From: Amphiscolops sp. MND2022
Taxonomy: Eukaryota
Length of the DNA stretch: 64,000 nt
Assembly (NCBI GenBank): GCA_964187785.1
Contig: OZ076409.1
Location: 83,454,001 to 83,518,000, forward strand
Direction of reading: 5' to 3'
Part shown: positions 24,093 through 37,763 of the stretch, piece after piece
Numbering within the stretch: position 1 is the first letter of the stretch
How the letters are laid out: each line of letters starts with the position of its first letter
Translations under genes and position numbers: made by a program
Notes under the pieces: generated by a model
The model's input: only the letters and a program-made list of their open reading frames with translations
What the model was told of the DNA's origin: nothing
Databases searched by the model: none

Positions 24093-27065
24093 ATTCTGCT
24101 ATGTCTTTGATTCAATGCATTTTTTTGTCTTTTAAAAAGAAACACTATCTAAAATAGAATCAATGCTTACTTTTGAGAGCTAGGGTAACAATACACCCGC
24201 TGAGCAGCGGGATAACTTCCGCCCCGAATTGTATTAGCAAAGACACAATCATAAGACTCGATAGTAACCACTGAGCTATGAAAAAACGAAGTTTGAGAAA
24301 TTGAAAATTTTGACACCTTTCAACTTTGGAACATGCTAGGTACCTAATTGTATTACTGTTAAGCTCAGTGGGTACTCTTACCCACGTAAACTATCAAAAG
24401 TGTGCTATCAAGATGCCAGTGAAAGTCAGAGGTTGAGCGAAATTATGTCCTGAACAACGTGGGGTCTAGGATTCGTCAAATTTTGATTTTCGAGGTGGGT
24501 ACATCTCCAGATTCTATCTCCCCAGAGCAAGCTACAGTGCCATAATTGCAACCAGGTGTTCAACTGTTGATGGGTTTCAAGCTATGATTTCAAATTGATT
24601 CGCTCTAAGTCACAAAAGTCTGTGCCAATGGCTGTTTTTTCACTTTTGCTTTCCCCATCAATTGCTCTTTTTGCAGATCATGCAAGTGAACTAGGGATTA
24701 GGAGTTTCCTCCAAACCCAACAGGGGTGGAATGGGAGAGATTCGAAACTGAATCCTCGCTAACACAGGACTAATGCATCGTTGTTCTCAAAACAGGAAAC
24801 ATTGGTCCTCTCTACTCATTTTTCAAAAGAAAAACTATGGTCACCAAAAAAACGTTTATTGAAACGCTGATAGTTTTGCTTCTCAACTTCTAGGATCTTC
24901 ACACCTACGAAAACCTGTCATTTTGGTGAAAAACAATGTAAAAATTACGTTATCAGTTATATTTCTCGACTATGGTTAATTGAGACAATTTTCCGGAAAG
25001 TGATTCTCTCAGTACAAGAAATGCTGAGTAGCCATCAAGTGCGCCTGTTAACGACAATTCGAAAACTGCATATCCACGTTAACGTCCAAACGTTGTAGGA
25101 AATTGGGCAACACTCTCGAAAGTGGAAGTTTTCGTCGTAGTCTAAAAGTTTCCTTCATTCCTTTGAAAGCAGAACTTGACGTTTCTCCTAAACCAGGTGT
25201 TTTACTAACCATGTTGTGTTTAAGCTCCATGGATAACCATAAATACGAAAATAGGCCCCTCCGGGGCTCAGTACTATTTCTGCTTTAATCTTTCATTAAT
25301 AATAGAATCATATCTGGAATACCAATACACTCTTGTTTAATCATTATTTAGCGCACAATTAATCACTGTGCAAGTTTACACCGCCTTTAATTCTTCTCGG
25401 ATAGAAGAAAATACAACTACTAAGCGTAGACGAAGTTTCGCATTCGCATTTGAATGCAGGCGAAGCTCTCAACGAACGAATATTTAATACTCATTCGCTT
25501 CATATCAAAAACTCGGGGCAACGAAAGCACAATAACGAACATTCGCTCGCTTCATCTCAATGACGTCAGCATACGAATGGATATTTACCACTCGCTCGTT
25601 CCATCGCACTAGACTTGAATTGTCGTAGGCAGCTTGAGAAATTTAATTCCCACGCTTACAATCACTGCCGAACAAAATATCTGAATGATTCAGTATTGTA
25701 CGAAAATTTGTACTGAAGAAAAAAGTAGAGTTTGAGGTTACAATAATATTCCTGCTAAAGCAGAAATAATAAAAACAAACTGAAAAGTCACAAAATTTAG
25801 CTTAAAACGCTCACAAAAGGCACAAATTGCCAACTTTCCACATATTTCTTACCAACTTCTGAGCATTCCGTGGCAGTGAAAGTAGAAAACGTAGACCACA
25901 TTAGTGGTTTTTCCAACACCATTCGAACGGGAATTTTATATTGAATTCTTTTCGTTATTACGTCACTTTGCCTTGGTGGTTAGAGCGGGAAGCAGATATT
26001 TGTGGGTTCAAATCCCGGGCTGAACTATTGATTTTTAGTCGGCGCTTTTCTAGTGAAAAGAGCCCGACTATTACAGTGGCTAGTTTTTTTTCGTCAGACC
26101 ACAAACCTCGTCGTGTATGTACCACTTTTTAGTAGACTTTACTTGGTTTACGGTGAACCCAGCGGTCACGGGTTCGAGTCCTTGCTTTGGCCATAAACTT
26201 TTTCGAGCATTTGCGAAAGCGGACGAGACTGAAGGGTTCCCTCTTTCAATTTTTTCGGCACAGTGCGACTTTCGATTTTTTTGCCTTCTGAGGGTCCCAC
26301 TTTCCAAGTTGTTTTGATACTTTGAAGCAAACTAAAGTGCCAAAAGCCCGAAGGGTCTCCAATTTTAAGTAATTCGGCACTATGAAACTGTTCCAATTTC
26401 TCATTATTCGTTTTTTTCGAAAATTTCAAAAAATATATATCGAAATTTTTTCGTTTCCAAAAGGTCCCCCTTCAATTTTTTTGATATTTTGCAACAAACT
26501 GGATTTTCAAAAAGCCTGAAGGGTCCCCCTTTTACAGTTTTAAAAACTGCGCTTTTTGAGCCTTAGACATAGTGCCGACTTTAGACATTCCCGTCTTGTT
26601 TTAACAACAAACTCGAAATACATCTTCATAAAAAGCAAACTGTAAGCTAGTTCATTTGGAAATGATTCTTCTGAAGTTTGTAACCTTCGAAATGGCTCGA
26701 AAAAAATACAAAGATGCTTTTGAATGAAAAAAACCTTAAGAAAAGTTTCTTGCAATTCATTTTGGGTCATTTCAGGGTCAATCTAATCGTTTCCAGAAAA
26801 ATTCCGATTCAAAAATTCTCCACGAAGACAAATCACACGAGAAGTTCATTTGGGTTTGATGTTTAGTTTTTACAGTTTTTTGATGATTTCAGTTGAGCGT
26901 TTTTTAGTCTAGGTTCCTTTACACAATAGTTCTACACATTGAAAGATTTCTCCACAAGATGCCTGCTTAGAACTGATGAACACCCTGAAAATTTTGAGCA
27001 ACGAAAATTTTGAAATGTCTCGTGTAATAAAATGCCAAAAAGCGTTCGAAATTTGCACAAAAAAT
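24093..27065 (+). repeat. Segmental duplication copy 2 (continues 11760-11844); includes a HINE-like family 1 copy at ~26032-26602
   Basis: Near-identical to 8781-11756. Confidence 0.93.
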
Positions 27066-29492
27066 GAAAATTGGTTTCTTTGGGAGTCTTAACTGTTTAC
27101 CGCTAGAAACCCATAACCATCAAAGCAAAAAACTTTACATTAAGGGCATAAAACGTTCGAAAATGAGAATACGAAAGTTTATTCGGCACTGAATGAACAG
27201 TTACGAAAATCCCGGAAATATCTAAACCCCCATGGCGTCTGACCGTCAGCACTTCATCCGCAAACAACAACAACCCTTCTTTGAAAGTGAACGCAATGTA
27301 CTTTAACACTGCTAAGGCATGAAGATTACCAAATGAGAACTTCTTGAAGATAGAAATTTAATCGGTTAGTTTTCGATGTCGCTCCATTTCTATAATCGCT
27401 GTTTAGAACTTTATGAATTTTCACAACAGCTTAATGGGCATTTTTTTGAAAGCATTCCAAAACAATTCCAATTGCTGATTGTTTCAATAAATCAAACATC
27501 TTATCAAAATCTTTGATTTATAATCCAAAAAAAATTACGCGTTGACTGCAAGTGGTTTGTTGATGCCCAGATTCCCTACGAAATTGGTTCTTGTTTACTG
27601 CAGCAGCATTACCACCAGATGCTTTCAGTTGATGCATATTGAAGGCTATTTTGATGGAAACCTGATAACTTTTCTCCAGAAGGGAGTCACTATAATTCAG
27701 ACAAATAGCTTAGTCACAACCTGTCATGTTTTTTTGTTTTTGCAACTTGTTACACAATGAAAGCTCAAGGACATTATGCCCAAAGCGGACAGTACGCCGA
27801 CACCCTTCCGGTTCGGCCTTCGTCTAAACCAGCCGCTAGACAGGTAATGGCACGTCGCTCCGCTCCTCCGATTATGATACTAGAGGTATGTCAAGTCGCA
27901 ATTGCCCTCTTTAGTTATTTACCTTTCCGTTGGCCGTTATTTACTCTCCCCATAATAAATGCAACGTCCGGACACCCACGTGAGTCATGTGCAAAGTACG
28001 TTAGCGCTTGTTTTTAACTAGAGATCAAAGGTTAGACGATAGTTGATTCAAAGATTGACAAATCTTTTTTGATGAGAAACCATTTAGGGCACAAACAATG
28101 AACTGCGCTCTGTTGTGCTTGCTTGGTAACTTAAGTCGAATGCAAGAAAAAATTGCATCAATATTCAATTGAGAAGAACCGACGTCTAGACAAAAATATA
28201 TTGGAAATTCAATTTGGAATGCATACCTTCGCGTTTCACGTAGATGTCTCTGTATTCACATCGAACTGTGAATGAGCTTTTTCTAAATTGAAAAAAAAAT
28301 AGAGCTAAGCAGAAAATTAATTTGCCAGTTAATTAATATTCATACAACTGATATCTTTGATTCGGATTTGCAACACCATTGGTGATCTGAATAATTCCAC
28401 GAGAAAAAGGTCAACATAAAACAAACGAGAAGAAATCATTCTGTAATACTATTTAGATGAGCATTTCAAACTCAATATCAACAGACGAAAACGTCTTCTG
28501 AAAACAGCGAACGACAACTGACGACTAATCTAAAACACTTCCCAGTCCCGGAAACCGAGCTGATTTAGAACAAAATGAAAAGGGTCCATACTTTCACTCG
28601 AGAAGGGTCCATATTTGGCAGTAAAAGCGGTGCCCGGGTAAACGGGAAGAGTTTAAAAATCATCATCGAAGGTTGGTTGCGACGGCGGCGAGGTCAAGTA
28701 GCTTTGCAGCGAACCTACATCATTAATATTAAAATAACTGCACTCAGTACATAAACAACATCTAAGGGTGAGGACATTAGCAATGCTGCAAATACTGATA
28801 GTTATATATGATAAAGTTACAACGGCGGCGGCTAAGTCTAAAAGTGTGATCATCACTCCATGGACTCCCAGCTGTCCGAGGCTCGCAGCTCACTTGGGCC
28901 ACACCTGAAACCGTCGTCAGTTTGCAATGAAAGCATTATGGAAAGACAAGTTTAGTGGTTTGGTGGTTCTTCTAACTCAAAGGTATTAAGGAGTACTCGA
29001 AAATCAATTCGAATTGTACGCTTCCGATACTTCATAAGATAACCAAAGACAATGATGATAGTCAACTGGATATTCAATTAAACTTCCTCGACAAAACGAC
29101 GCCACGGATGTATTAGCCATACTATGGAGGATTACTGCCAATATCACAAACTATCTTTGCAAAGAATGCGTCCAATGTTTTCTGAAAAATGGCTGTGAAG
29201 ACATCATAGAAATTTTTGCAAAAACCAATCAAACTACAGAAATGCTGAAAAACTGCTTCAAATTGAAAACTAAACTTCCTTACAGCAAAAATTCATGGTC
29301 TTAAACTGTGATAACTCGCTTTTTTGAAGAGCTTACTGTTGCTTGAGAGTAGAGAATTATATAGACCAGACAGTTTCGTATATTACAGTGAGTATACGCT
29401 AAAGTGCTCAAAATACGAGCAACTTTGGCAAATGTCAGTAAGCACTTGCTTCAAAAAGATTGTTGGGGAATTCGGTATGTATTGGAACAACT

Positions 29493-31717
29493 CTATACTG
29501 ACCTATAAGCAGTGCGGCTGTTCTGGAAACTACAAGACGCAGTTCCAAAACCAAACGTGGGCACAGTCTGTCCTAGTTGCTGTTGAAACGTGAACGGATT
29601 CTGGTTGAAGTGAGTTCCCGCGCTTCCCGGCGTACTGGCAGGGGTGTTACACTGGGAGTTGTTGTTAAACATACCCCCTGCCCCCGTGATGCCAGAAGCA
29701 GTTCCAGTTCCATTACCCCCGCCTATCTCCATGGGGAAGGGTCCATTGTGGAAAGAGGCCCCCCTGTGAAGCTGCAAGGGCGAAGTCGCTTCACCCACAG
29801 GTGAGAAGTGAGACGGGCTTTCGAACGTGCAGCCGTGAACACCGTCTCTGATAGGATCATGTCCCTGAGATTGGATAAAAGGCGACGTAGTCGTCTGACC
29901 GTTCGGCGGCGGCATGTTCAAAACTGAACCATTGGCGGCGTCTAAACCAAGCACATCCATGGTGATAAAAACTGACAATGTCCAACTTCAGCGAACCTTA
30001 CATTTAGTATATTACATCGACATCTCTATCATTTCAGGATAGCAGCGAAAAAGCACCGTACTCGAATTTCCGACTTGACGCAGTCCAAAAAACTTCAGTC
30101 GCTGCCAAGTTTGACTCACCTTGAATCTTGAAGGATAAAAAAGGATGAGTTGAGGACATTTTTGAGATCCAAAAAGTCGAAAAGTAATGAGCAACCAATA
30201 CAGTGCCAATGGATGCATGATAGCTTACTCGATTACATGATCGCTTCAACACTGGAAAACAAAAGATTTCATGGTTAATGTCGTAATTATCATCAGATTG
30301 AAGGACGGTAAACAAAAATGCAAGAGGCTTTTGCCGGTGGAAAAACTGTCGTAAAAAGGGCGAAAATCTTTCACAATTAGTGGGACTCGAGTGCCCTGAT
30401 TGGATACTTCTTGACCCCAACCAATGACTAACCAGTGGTCAGTTGATTGAACGAAAGAGTTATGTCAGTTGGAAAAGCTGGAGGTGTCAATGGAGTGTTT
30501 TGAGGTGGTAACGCATTCATCTGCTGAAAAGCAAATCGGGCGATCACTCACTCAGTACCATACCATCGACAATTCTAGCAAAGAGATGCACTTACCTGTG
30601 GGTTTTGCTGAGCCACACGGACTTCGTCGAAGAAATCACTGACCGCTGCCTAAAAATATACCGCTGCTGACTATTTGCAAAAGCGTGAAGTTTTGATCAT
30701 GCGTTCTCGAGTAATTTCTGGGGTTTCTTCTTTTCAACAAAAACGTAAACTTGCGAAATCGAAATTCCTAAAAGAAAAACGATGGTGATTGCTAATCTCT
30801 GTAATAATCAAAACCGCTATCCTTTTCTGCAGATTCAAACAATCTAACCACTTGGCTATTACACCTTTCGTTGCGATAATTTATTCTACATAAACAAGGG
30901 AAATAACCCTGAAAACACTCAACTTTCATACGACCATTCTACTAATTTTGATTGAATTAAGTTCCACAAATGAGCGTTATTTCTCGAAAGTTTTTCAGAA
31001 ATTGTTGCACGCCGTTAGGCTATTGTATTTGATTTTTTGAACGAAGATTTTTAAAAGAGTGCATCATTCAACTGAAGTTGTCACCAATTTTCCATAACTA
31101 TTGCATAAGCCAAACCAGAGCCACATGTGCGGCAAAGGAGTCGGAAACGGATTAAAATATTTTAAAGCAAATTAAATTTAATCGTATGAACGTATGGACA
31201 GTTTTTCAGGAAATCGAAAAAAGTCTGAAGATGGCTGTTTTTTCGTCATTTCTGGACTAATTTTGGCCATGATTCTCAGATGCCAGTCATACAATTTTGA
31301 TGCCATCGCGCATGCATGAGCACCTTTGGGTGTAGAATGACTGTGCTAAAAATCGTACGGACAGTTTTTAGGTCCCTTGAAAGGTCGGGAGAAAATGGTA
31401 CAATTGCATAAGTAGTCGAAATTTTTTCCGACTCCTAAAATGAAAATTGAAATACACAGAAGGCGTCAAGTTGTAGCTGAGTTTACCTGGTAGTCCCATC
31501 CGAAATGACACAAGAGCTTCGCGGCCTGGTCTGCAGGGTAGCCAGTGAATCTGGTGAACTCGTTCACTAGCATCTGCTGTCTGATTAGTTCCAAGTTTTG
31601 ATGCTGCTGCAACTGTTCTGACCTCGGCGAGCAGCTCTTGACCAGATGGGCGTCATTGTCTACAGCCAGAAAATTTCCACCCTCGAAACTTCTGCCTTCA
31701 TCTGTGAGATTAGTCAT
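29493..31717 (-). CDS. UBALD1: UBA-like domain-containing protein (UBALD1/2, FAM100-like); exons 31717-31487, 30649-30596, 30523-30433, 29941-29493
   Basis: Spliced reading ELIRQQMLVNEFTRFTGYPADQAAKLLCHFGWDYQ|AAVSDFFDE...|QMNALPPQNTPLTPPAFP..ITLSFNQL matches the UBALD UBA-like domain and NTPATPPNFP motif. All junctions are GT-AG and in phase. Start codon uncertain (31717 or 31735); paralog assignment is nominal. Confidence 0.82.
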
Positions 31718-32111
31718 CACGACATTTTTTTTCATTTCATCATTACACCATGCAAAATTTGCAAACAGAGACCCAACTGTATATATTTTACTGACAAAGA
31801 ACACCTCCAATAATTCAACGGTATTGGTAGACACGGAATTTCTAACAATATTGGCTATAATGAGAAGGCATTCCAGATGCTCATTTCAGTTCATGATGTG
31901 GTATTGATTGTTAGAAGTACAGTTCAAAGAAGTCCCAGCCGAGATCCTAAAAGTCAATTCGGATATAACGAAAAACCCGTGTTTACAACATAAATATATC
32001 CGAGAACGGTCAACTGCTAGAAAGTGGCACAAAGATTACATTTTTAGTCCGCGCTATTTAGTCAATCAAGACAAAAACAGCAAGACATTCATTTTCTGAG
32101 ACACGCTTGCG

Positions 32112-32180
32112 ATGTCAGTTGTGTTCGTGGTTAGAGCGTTGGTTTCGAAAGCAGAGGGACGGGATTCGATTTGCATTTGG
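32112..32180 (+). ncRNA. Degenerate tRNA-like sequence (SINE head or tRNA pseudogene)
   Basis: GTGGTTAGAGCGTTGGTTTCGAAAGCAGAGGGACGGGATTCGATT has A-box and B-box-like motifs. Similar heads at ~10662-10712, ~10835-10877 and ~19230-19300 (-). Confidence 0.4.
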
Positions 32181-32759
32181 GTCCAAATTTCTTACAAGCG
32201 CACTTATGTCCGAGATCAAAGACCTTTGGGGTTTTTTCGACGCTGCGACTTCGAATTTTTAGTCGGCGCTTCACGAAATAAAACGCGACTAATATAGTAT
32301 CTTTTCGTCGTGGTTTCTTCGTTTTTCAATCTGACCAAAGTGACCATAAAAATGAATTAAAGATTTCAAATCGATTGCAAGGGTCTATTCATTCATACTT
32401 TGACATACCTATTTGGATTCAAAAGAAATTTTTGGTGTTATTTTTGGAACTGTGTAACTTTCGAAAAAAATCCAGAAGGGTTGCCCTTTTTTGGTATTTT
32501 GGATAGGAAAAAAGTAGTTTTAAGTCCAAATGGTACAATCCTCTTTGGGTTTTGCGGCACTGCGAGACTTTTTGCGAAAAGCTTAACTTCACAAAAAGGT
32601 TCTCGCATTGGTTCTTTGATGTTTCTAGTGATAACAAAAGAAAGCTTTGCTTTTTGTATTTCTGGTGGAAAAAAGCCCTTTTAGGTCCGAAGGATCCCCT
32701 TTGGGTTTTTTGGGCACTGTGGGATGAAGAATCTTTACAAAATAAATCCTTGACGCTTT

Positions 32760-33106
32760 TAAAGTACTTGGTTGTAGTTGGTATTTTAGTTATATGAGGA
32801 ATTGAATCTTTTTTACTGATGTTACGATTAGTACTTTAAGAGACACTAATAGAGCTGCAGTTATTAGGTCTTAGAGGGAAGACAACTAATCGGTGAAGAG
32901 TCAATTCAAGTTGTGTTCTAAATGAAGGGTTATAGTATTGAATATAAATTAGTTACATCGATTTATGGTATTGAATATAAAGTGGTTACATCAATCATTT
33001 TACATCTAGAATATAAATGGAGTACAATTATAATTTTACAGTCTAGACATACACGGGGCGGGGGGATAAATATAATTTATAGTATAGCATCAATCATGGT
33101 ATATCA
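32760..33106 (-). repeat. 3' LTR of the large element
   Basis: Direct repeat of 51311-51657. Confidence 0.96.
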
Positions 33107-34458
33107 TCCGACCGGGTTTTGAAATTAAAAATGGAAGTAAACTGTGGTGTTAAATTTAAGATTGATTAGTGCATATTCAAAAGTTGGGGTGTTGTTAAAA
33201 TTGTCGGAGATTGTATAATACGAGAAAATCTAAAAAGGAAATATGGTATTTGGTTAAAAAGGAAATTTGGTATTTGCTAATATAAATTTTTATGGAGAAA
33301 AAAAAATTTTTATATCTCAAGAGAAAGTTGTCTTGGAAATTGTCTTGAAAGTTGTCTTCGTGTTGTATCTTTCCTTACGTGAGTTGCGTGCAAAATTGGG
33401 AAGCGAAAGTTTTCTAGATATTAGGTAATTTTGATCAATAAGTTAAAGAATTTATTTGGAGTTTTTAAAATAAGAATTTGTTTAGAGTTGCTTTTACGTT
33501 CATGTTGGTGATGGGTATGAAATTTCGCATAAGATTTATTTTGGTATTGAATTCGTTTAAAATTTCTTATGTTTAGTTTTCTTCCGAGGCGGCAAAAGAT
33601 TTGAGTGGCAGGCAGGAGTATGACAGAAAAAATTTTGGCAAGATTTTGGCAGCCTGATTGACATAGAAGTTCAACATTTAAGACAAAAGATTCTTAGTTG
33701 TCTGTTAACTAAGCGTTGATCTTTTTGAGTCTTGGCTTGTGAGCAACGAAAATGAAATTGTAGAACTTCAAAACAAGGCGGCGTGATCAGATCAAAGTTG
33801 GCGGCGAAAACAAATCTATGTGAGTCAACATTTGTTCAAATTTAGATCATGTGGCAGGTCATTTCACACATTTTTTTTCAATAAACAAAATTTTTGAGCG
33901 AACGAATTCAGTTGCAGAATTGGCAAAGAATGAAGAGTTTGTCAGTGAGGTGAGTGTGTTTGAATATGTGAATTGGGAGGAGTAAGGAAAAAAGAGGAGA
34001 TTTTTTAGAACCGAAGTTATAGAGGAGTAAAGTTAAAAATATTTTTGGGAGAAAGGTGAAAAATTGGAATTTAGTTGAAAAAAAATGTTTATTGAAGTGG
34101 AAGAAAATTGAATAGGAAAAGATAGCTCCACAATTTGGAAGAGATTGGGTCGGAAGGGGCATGGGAATATGTAATTTAGAAAATTATGTCCCGTAGAACC
34201 GAAGTTATAAGAGAAATTTATGAAAAATTTTTTTGAACACTAAAGAAAAATTTTACATTGTCATTAAAAAAGAAGGTGAAATGTTGAGAATAAAAAGGTG
34301 GGGGGTGACAATCAATGTAGGTAAGAAGCGGGGGAAATGTATGAAAACACCAAGAAGCATAGATGATTTTGAATAAAATATACAAATGAATTTAAAAGAA
34401 ACATAGGGCAAAATTCAATCGACATCGTTTAAAGAAGTTACTAAATTATCTAAATCAT

Positions 34459-35316
34459 TTAAAGGAGTGGGGGATTGGGTTCAATACGAATAGGAATTAA
34501 TGCGGGGGAAAGAGGGAGGGGGGGTAAAGGAGAAGGACATGTATATTTTACTGGAACATGGGAACAATGGGGGGTAGTGCAATGAATGTAATTGTTATAG
34601 TGACAGCAATTATGAGGGGGGATTTGAATAGTCAATGGGGATAAAGGTCTATGTGTGAAGGAAGGCGATTTAAATTTGCGTAAATTTGAATGAGGGAGTG
34701 TATTATTAATAATATCTAATTGGAGCGTAGTTTGATAAATGAGTTCATCTAAATGTTTTTCGTACAATTTGAGTGCGTCGATATATTGTGAAAGTTTCTG
34801 TTTATAGACCACTGTGTGGACCAGTCGACGGACAGGTGGACCATTTCCATTGGAGAGCTGTGGACGTTTTGGGTGCCGTGGTTTTTTGATTTGAAGATCG
34901 TTAGTCAATTGTCGAACAGCTGAATATTGTTGAAGATTGGGAGATGTTGCGACTGCATCGTGAGGGTGCAGGGGAATAGTGGAGATTGGCAACAAAGTTG
35001 GATGTGGAAGAGAAGAAATCACAGGAATTTGGAGAGAAGGAGTTGTTGTCGCAAGAGAGCTGAGTGGCGGCTGAAGAGTAGTGGTGGTCACAAGAGAGCT
35101 GAGTGGCGGTTGAATAGTAGGAGTTGAAGAAACAGATGATGATGATGATGATGTCACAGACAAAGAAGTATCTGATGATGAAGCTACGGACAAAGAAGTA
35201 TCCATGGTCGAGAGTGTGAATGTTGATGAAGTAGAAGAGACAGGAAATGGCGTAAGAGAGTCAAGGAGTTGGTTAAGGAGAGGGTATGCCAGAGAAGAAG
35301 AAGGATAATCTGACAT
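34459..35316 (-). CDS. Accessory ORF, 285 aa, unknown function (S/T/P-rich, central helical segment, Cys/His cluster)
   Basis: Open frame with an ATG, same strand as gag/pol, downstream of env. Confidence 0.6.
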   Translation of the reverse strand: MSDYPSSSLAYPLLNQLLDSLTPFPVSSTSSTFTLSTMDTSLSVASSSDTSLSVTSSSSSSVSSTPTIQPPLSSLVTTTTLQPPLSSLATTTPSLQIPVISSLPHPTLLPISTIPLHPHDAVATSPNLQQYSAVRQLTNDLQIKKPRHPKRPQLSNGNGPPVRRLVHTVVYKQKLSQYIDALKLYEKHLDELIYQTTLQLDIINNTLPHSNLRKFKSPSFTHRPLSPLTIQIPPHNCCHYNNYIHCTTPHCSHVPVKYTCPSPLPPLPLSPALIPIRIEPNPPLL

Positions 35317-35959
35317 GACTAAAACAAAATTATTGTTAAATTATTTTGTACTTATTGTAAATACTAGAGAGCGGTTTAATATAGAGAAAGAAAATGTTGT
35401 GATGAAATTTATTGATTTCAGAAGATGAGTTGAAAATTAGGAAGAAAATTTTGTAGTAGTAGTGAAGTTAAGAGATTTTGAAAAAGTAAATGAGAAGAAA
35501 ATTTTAGAAGGAAATTACTTTAAAATTAATAGAATTAAAAGATAAAGAGCCTGTTGTCAAAATTCTTAAAGAAGAACGATTAAAAATGTCAAGTGAGAGT
35601 ATTTAAATATAAAGAAGTTAATAGGAAGAAGTGTCAAAGTGAAAGGAAAATGGAGTAATTTATGTAAATGAGGAGGAAGGAAATGAAATTTTATGTATAT
35701 ATAATTAGGTATTAAAGTCAAAGAAGATAAGATTGAGGAAGTGAAAAGAGTTATTGTTGAAGATTGAAAAGAGTTGAGGAAAGTTTTGAAATTATAAGAT
35801 AAGAGTCTTGGAGAAGAAAACGAATCATTAAACAAAAGAGGAGAAAAATGGTGGGAAATATAGGAAGGATGTTTAATAGAAAAGGTTTGATTTCTTACCC
35901 AATGAGGGAATTACTGTAAGAGAAAGTAGACAGAAAAGAAGTTCTGGAAAAGAAGAATG

Positions 35960-37537
35960 TTAAGATGAAGTCAATTGAGGAGGAGTTTCAAGTAAAACAA
36001 GTTTTTTGAGAAAATCATTAACATGAATTGTAGAAAGGGTCAAATTTTGGATATCTGAAGAATGAAGTTGAAGTAAAGATTGGAGAGTACGGAACGTGTC
36101 AAAAATGTGATTTAAAATAACAAATGGATCAGTATTAGGAGCAATTTCAACATGAGGGCGAAGAAGAGTGAGAATTTCGGAGACAAATTTATCTGTAGGA
36201 CAAGAGAAGGAGTTGATACAAACATTAGGGTTTGTAGTCTGAAGCACATACGAATTTGATTGAGGAGGAATTGTTGGAGGAGGAGCCTGAGAAGATTCAG
36301 TTACTGTATTAGGAGGAGTATGTTTTGGAAGAGTTTGAAGAATTTCATCAGAAACATTTAAAGAAAAATATTTATATTGTTTTTTCAAAATAAAGGAGGA
36401 GAGTTTTGCTATTATAAAATTGAGTTGTGCGAGAGAATAGTGTTTGTGAACAAGAGCTGTATATAAAGAGCGAGAGTGATCGTCAAGAGGTGTTTCAACT
36501 AATTTATTCATTTTGGGGAAGAAGTTAGGAACAGCGTTAGGAATATGAGTTGGGAGAAGAAAGTCATCATTTACATTAAGAGCTTCTTGAGGAACAAACA
36601 ACGGACGAGTAGGATCATGGTAAGAAGAAAGAATAAAATATTGTTTAACTGGATCATAGTTTCGAATTGTTCCAATAGTGAAGAGATGATTTAAAGAATA
36701 GTGAGAGTGGTAGGAAAACGGGGAAGTGAATTTGTGATTTTGAAAAATAAAATTTTGGGGATGTTTTTGTTCTAAAAAAAGTTGGTAGGTTTGATGGTGG
36801 AGTTTTTTAACAGAAGGAGTGGTGGTAATATCATTTGGATTGGTATTTAAATCATGTTGTGTTGGTTTAAGAAGATTGAATTGAAATTGGAAGAAGCGAA
36901 CACGATTATTTTGCCAGAAAGCAAGTTGTGGTAGGTTTTTTGAAGCATAGGCGACATAATGATCAAAATTACGATCTTGAGGGAAGCGAAATTTATAAGA
37001 TGTAGGAGTCATATATAGTGAAGGAAGATTGGCTTTAAAATTAGGATGTGTGCGAAGAAATTCGTCGGTCATTGTATTAGATTGGGAAGGAGTTTTCAAT
37101 GGGTGAAGGGTTGGAGGGAGTATGCCAGAATCAATGAAGACGGGATCTTCAAGAATATTATATTTCTTTTTGTGCGGAATTTGATGATTGTCAACAGTAA
37201 AATGAAGGTTATTAGGAGGTGGGGTAGGAGAATGACGAGTTTTAAGATTTGTAGAAGATGATTTATTAAGAGATTGCGAAGTTGTAGAAGTACCATTTAA
37301 AGTGGGTTCTGGTGTGGGGTTAGAATCAAGAGGAAGCGAGGAGTCAGTGACAAGAGGAAGATCGAGGGTACCAGATTTAAGAGAAAGGGGGGGTGACAAT
37401 GAAGCTATACTGGACAAGAGTTCTTCTTCAGGATTAACATTAGTCATTTTGAAATCACGAAGGGAGTTTAAGACAAAAGTTGAGTGCGAAACAAACGTAC
37501 GTTGTATGAGGAGTTTGAAAAAGGTATGTGGATGCAA
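35960..37537 (-). CDS. Accessory ORF, ~495-525 aa, unknown function
   Basis: Long open frame downstream of env; likely start MTNVNPEE; no recognised domain. Confidence 0.7.
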   Translation of the reverse strand: MHPHTFFKLLIQRTFVSHSTFVLNSLRDFKMTNVNPEEELLSSIASLSPPLSLKSGTLDLPLVTDSSLPLDSNPTPEPTLNGTSTTSQSLNKSSSTNLKTRHSPTPPPNNLHFTVDNHQIPHKKKYNILEDPVFIDSGILPPTLHPLKTPSQSNTMTDEFLRTHPNFKANLPSLYMTPTSYKFRFPQDRNFDHYVAYASKNLPQLAFWQNNRVRFFQFQFNLLKPTQHDLNTNPNDITTTPSVKKLHHQTYQLFLEQKHPQNFIFQNHKFTSPFSYHSHYSLNHLFTIGTIRNYDPVKQYFILSSYHDPTRPLFVPQEALNVNDDFLLPTHIPNAVPNFFPKMNKLVETPLDDHSRSLYTALVHKHYSLAQLNFIIAKLSSFILKKQYKYFSLNVSDEILQTLPKHTPPNTVTESSQAPPPTIPPQSNSYVLQTTNPNVCINSFSCPTDKFVSEILTLLRPHVEIAPNTDPFVILNHIFDTFRTLQSLLQLHSSDIQNLTLSTIHVNDFLKKLVLLETPPQLTSS

Positions 37538-37763
37538 AAGAGGATGTTATGAAACGTGAAAGATGAGTGATTTTGGAGAAAAGAAAGAGAAGTGACCAAA
37601 TGAAAAGCAGAAACGACTACAAATGAAATGGGAAAAAGGAACGATATATATCTAATTAATATGTAAAGGAGGTAAAATATTAATATGTAAAATTGATTTG
37701 GAGGTAAGTAAATTAAAGTATTAATATGCAGGATATGGAATGGAGAAATTAAGAAATGAAAAT

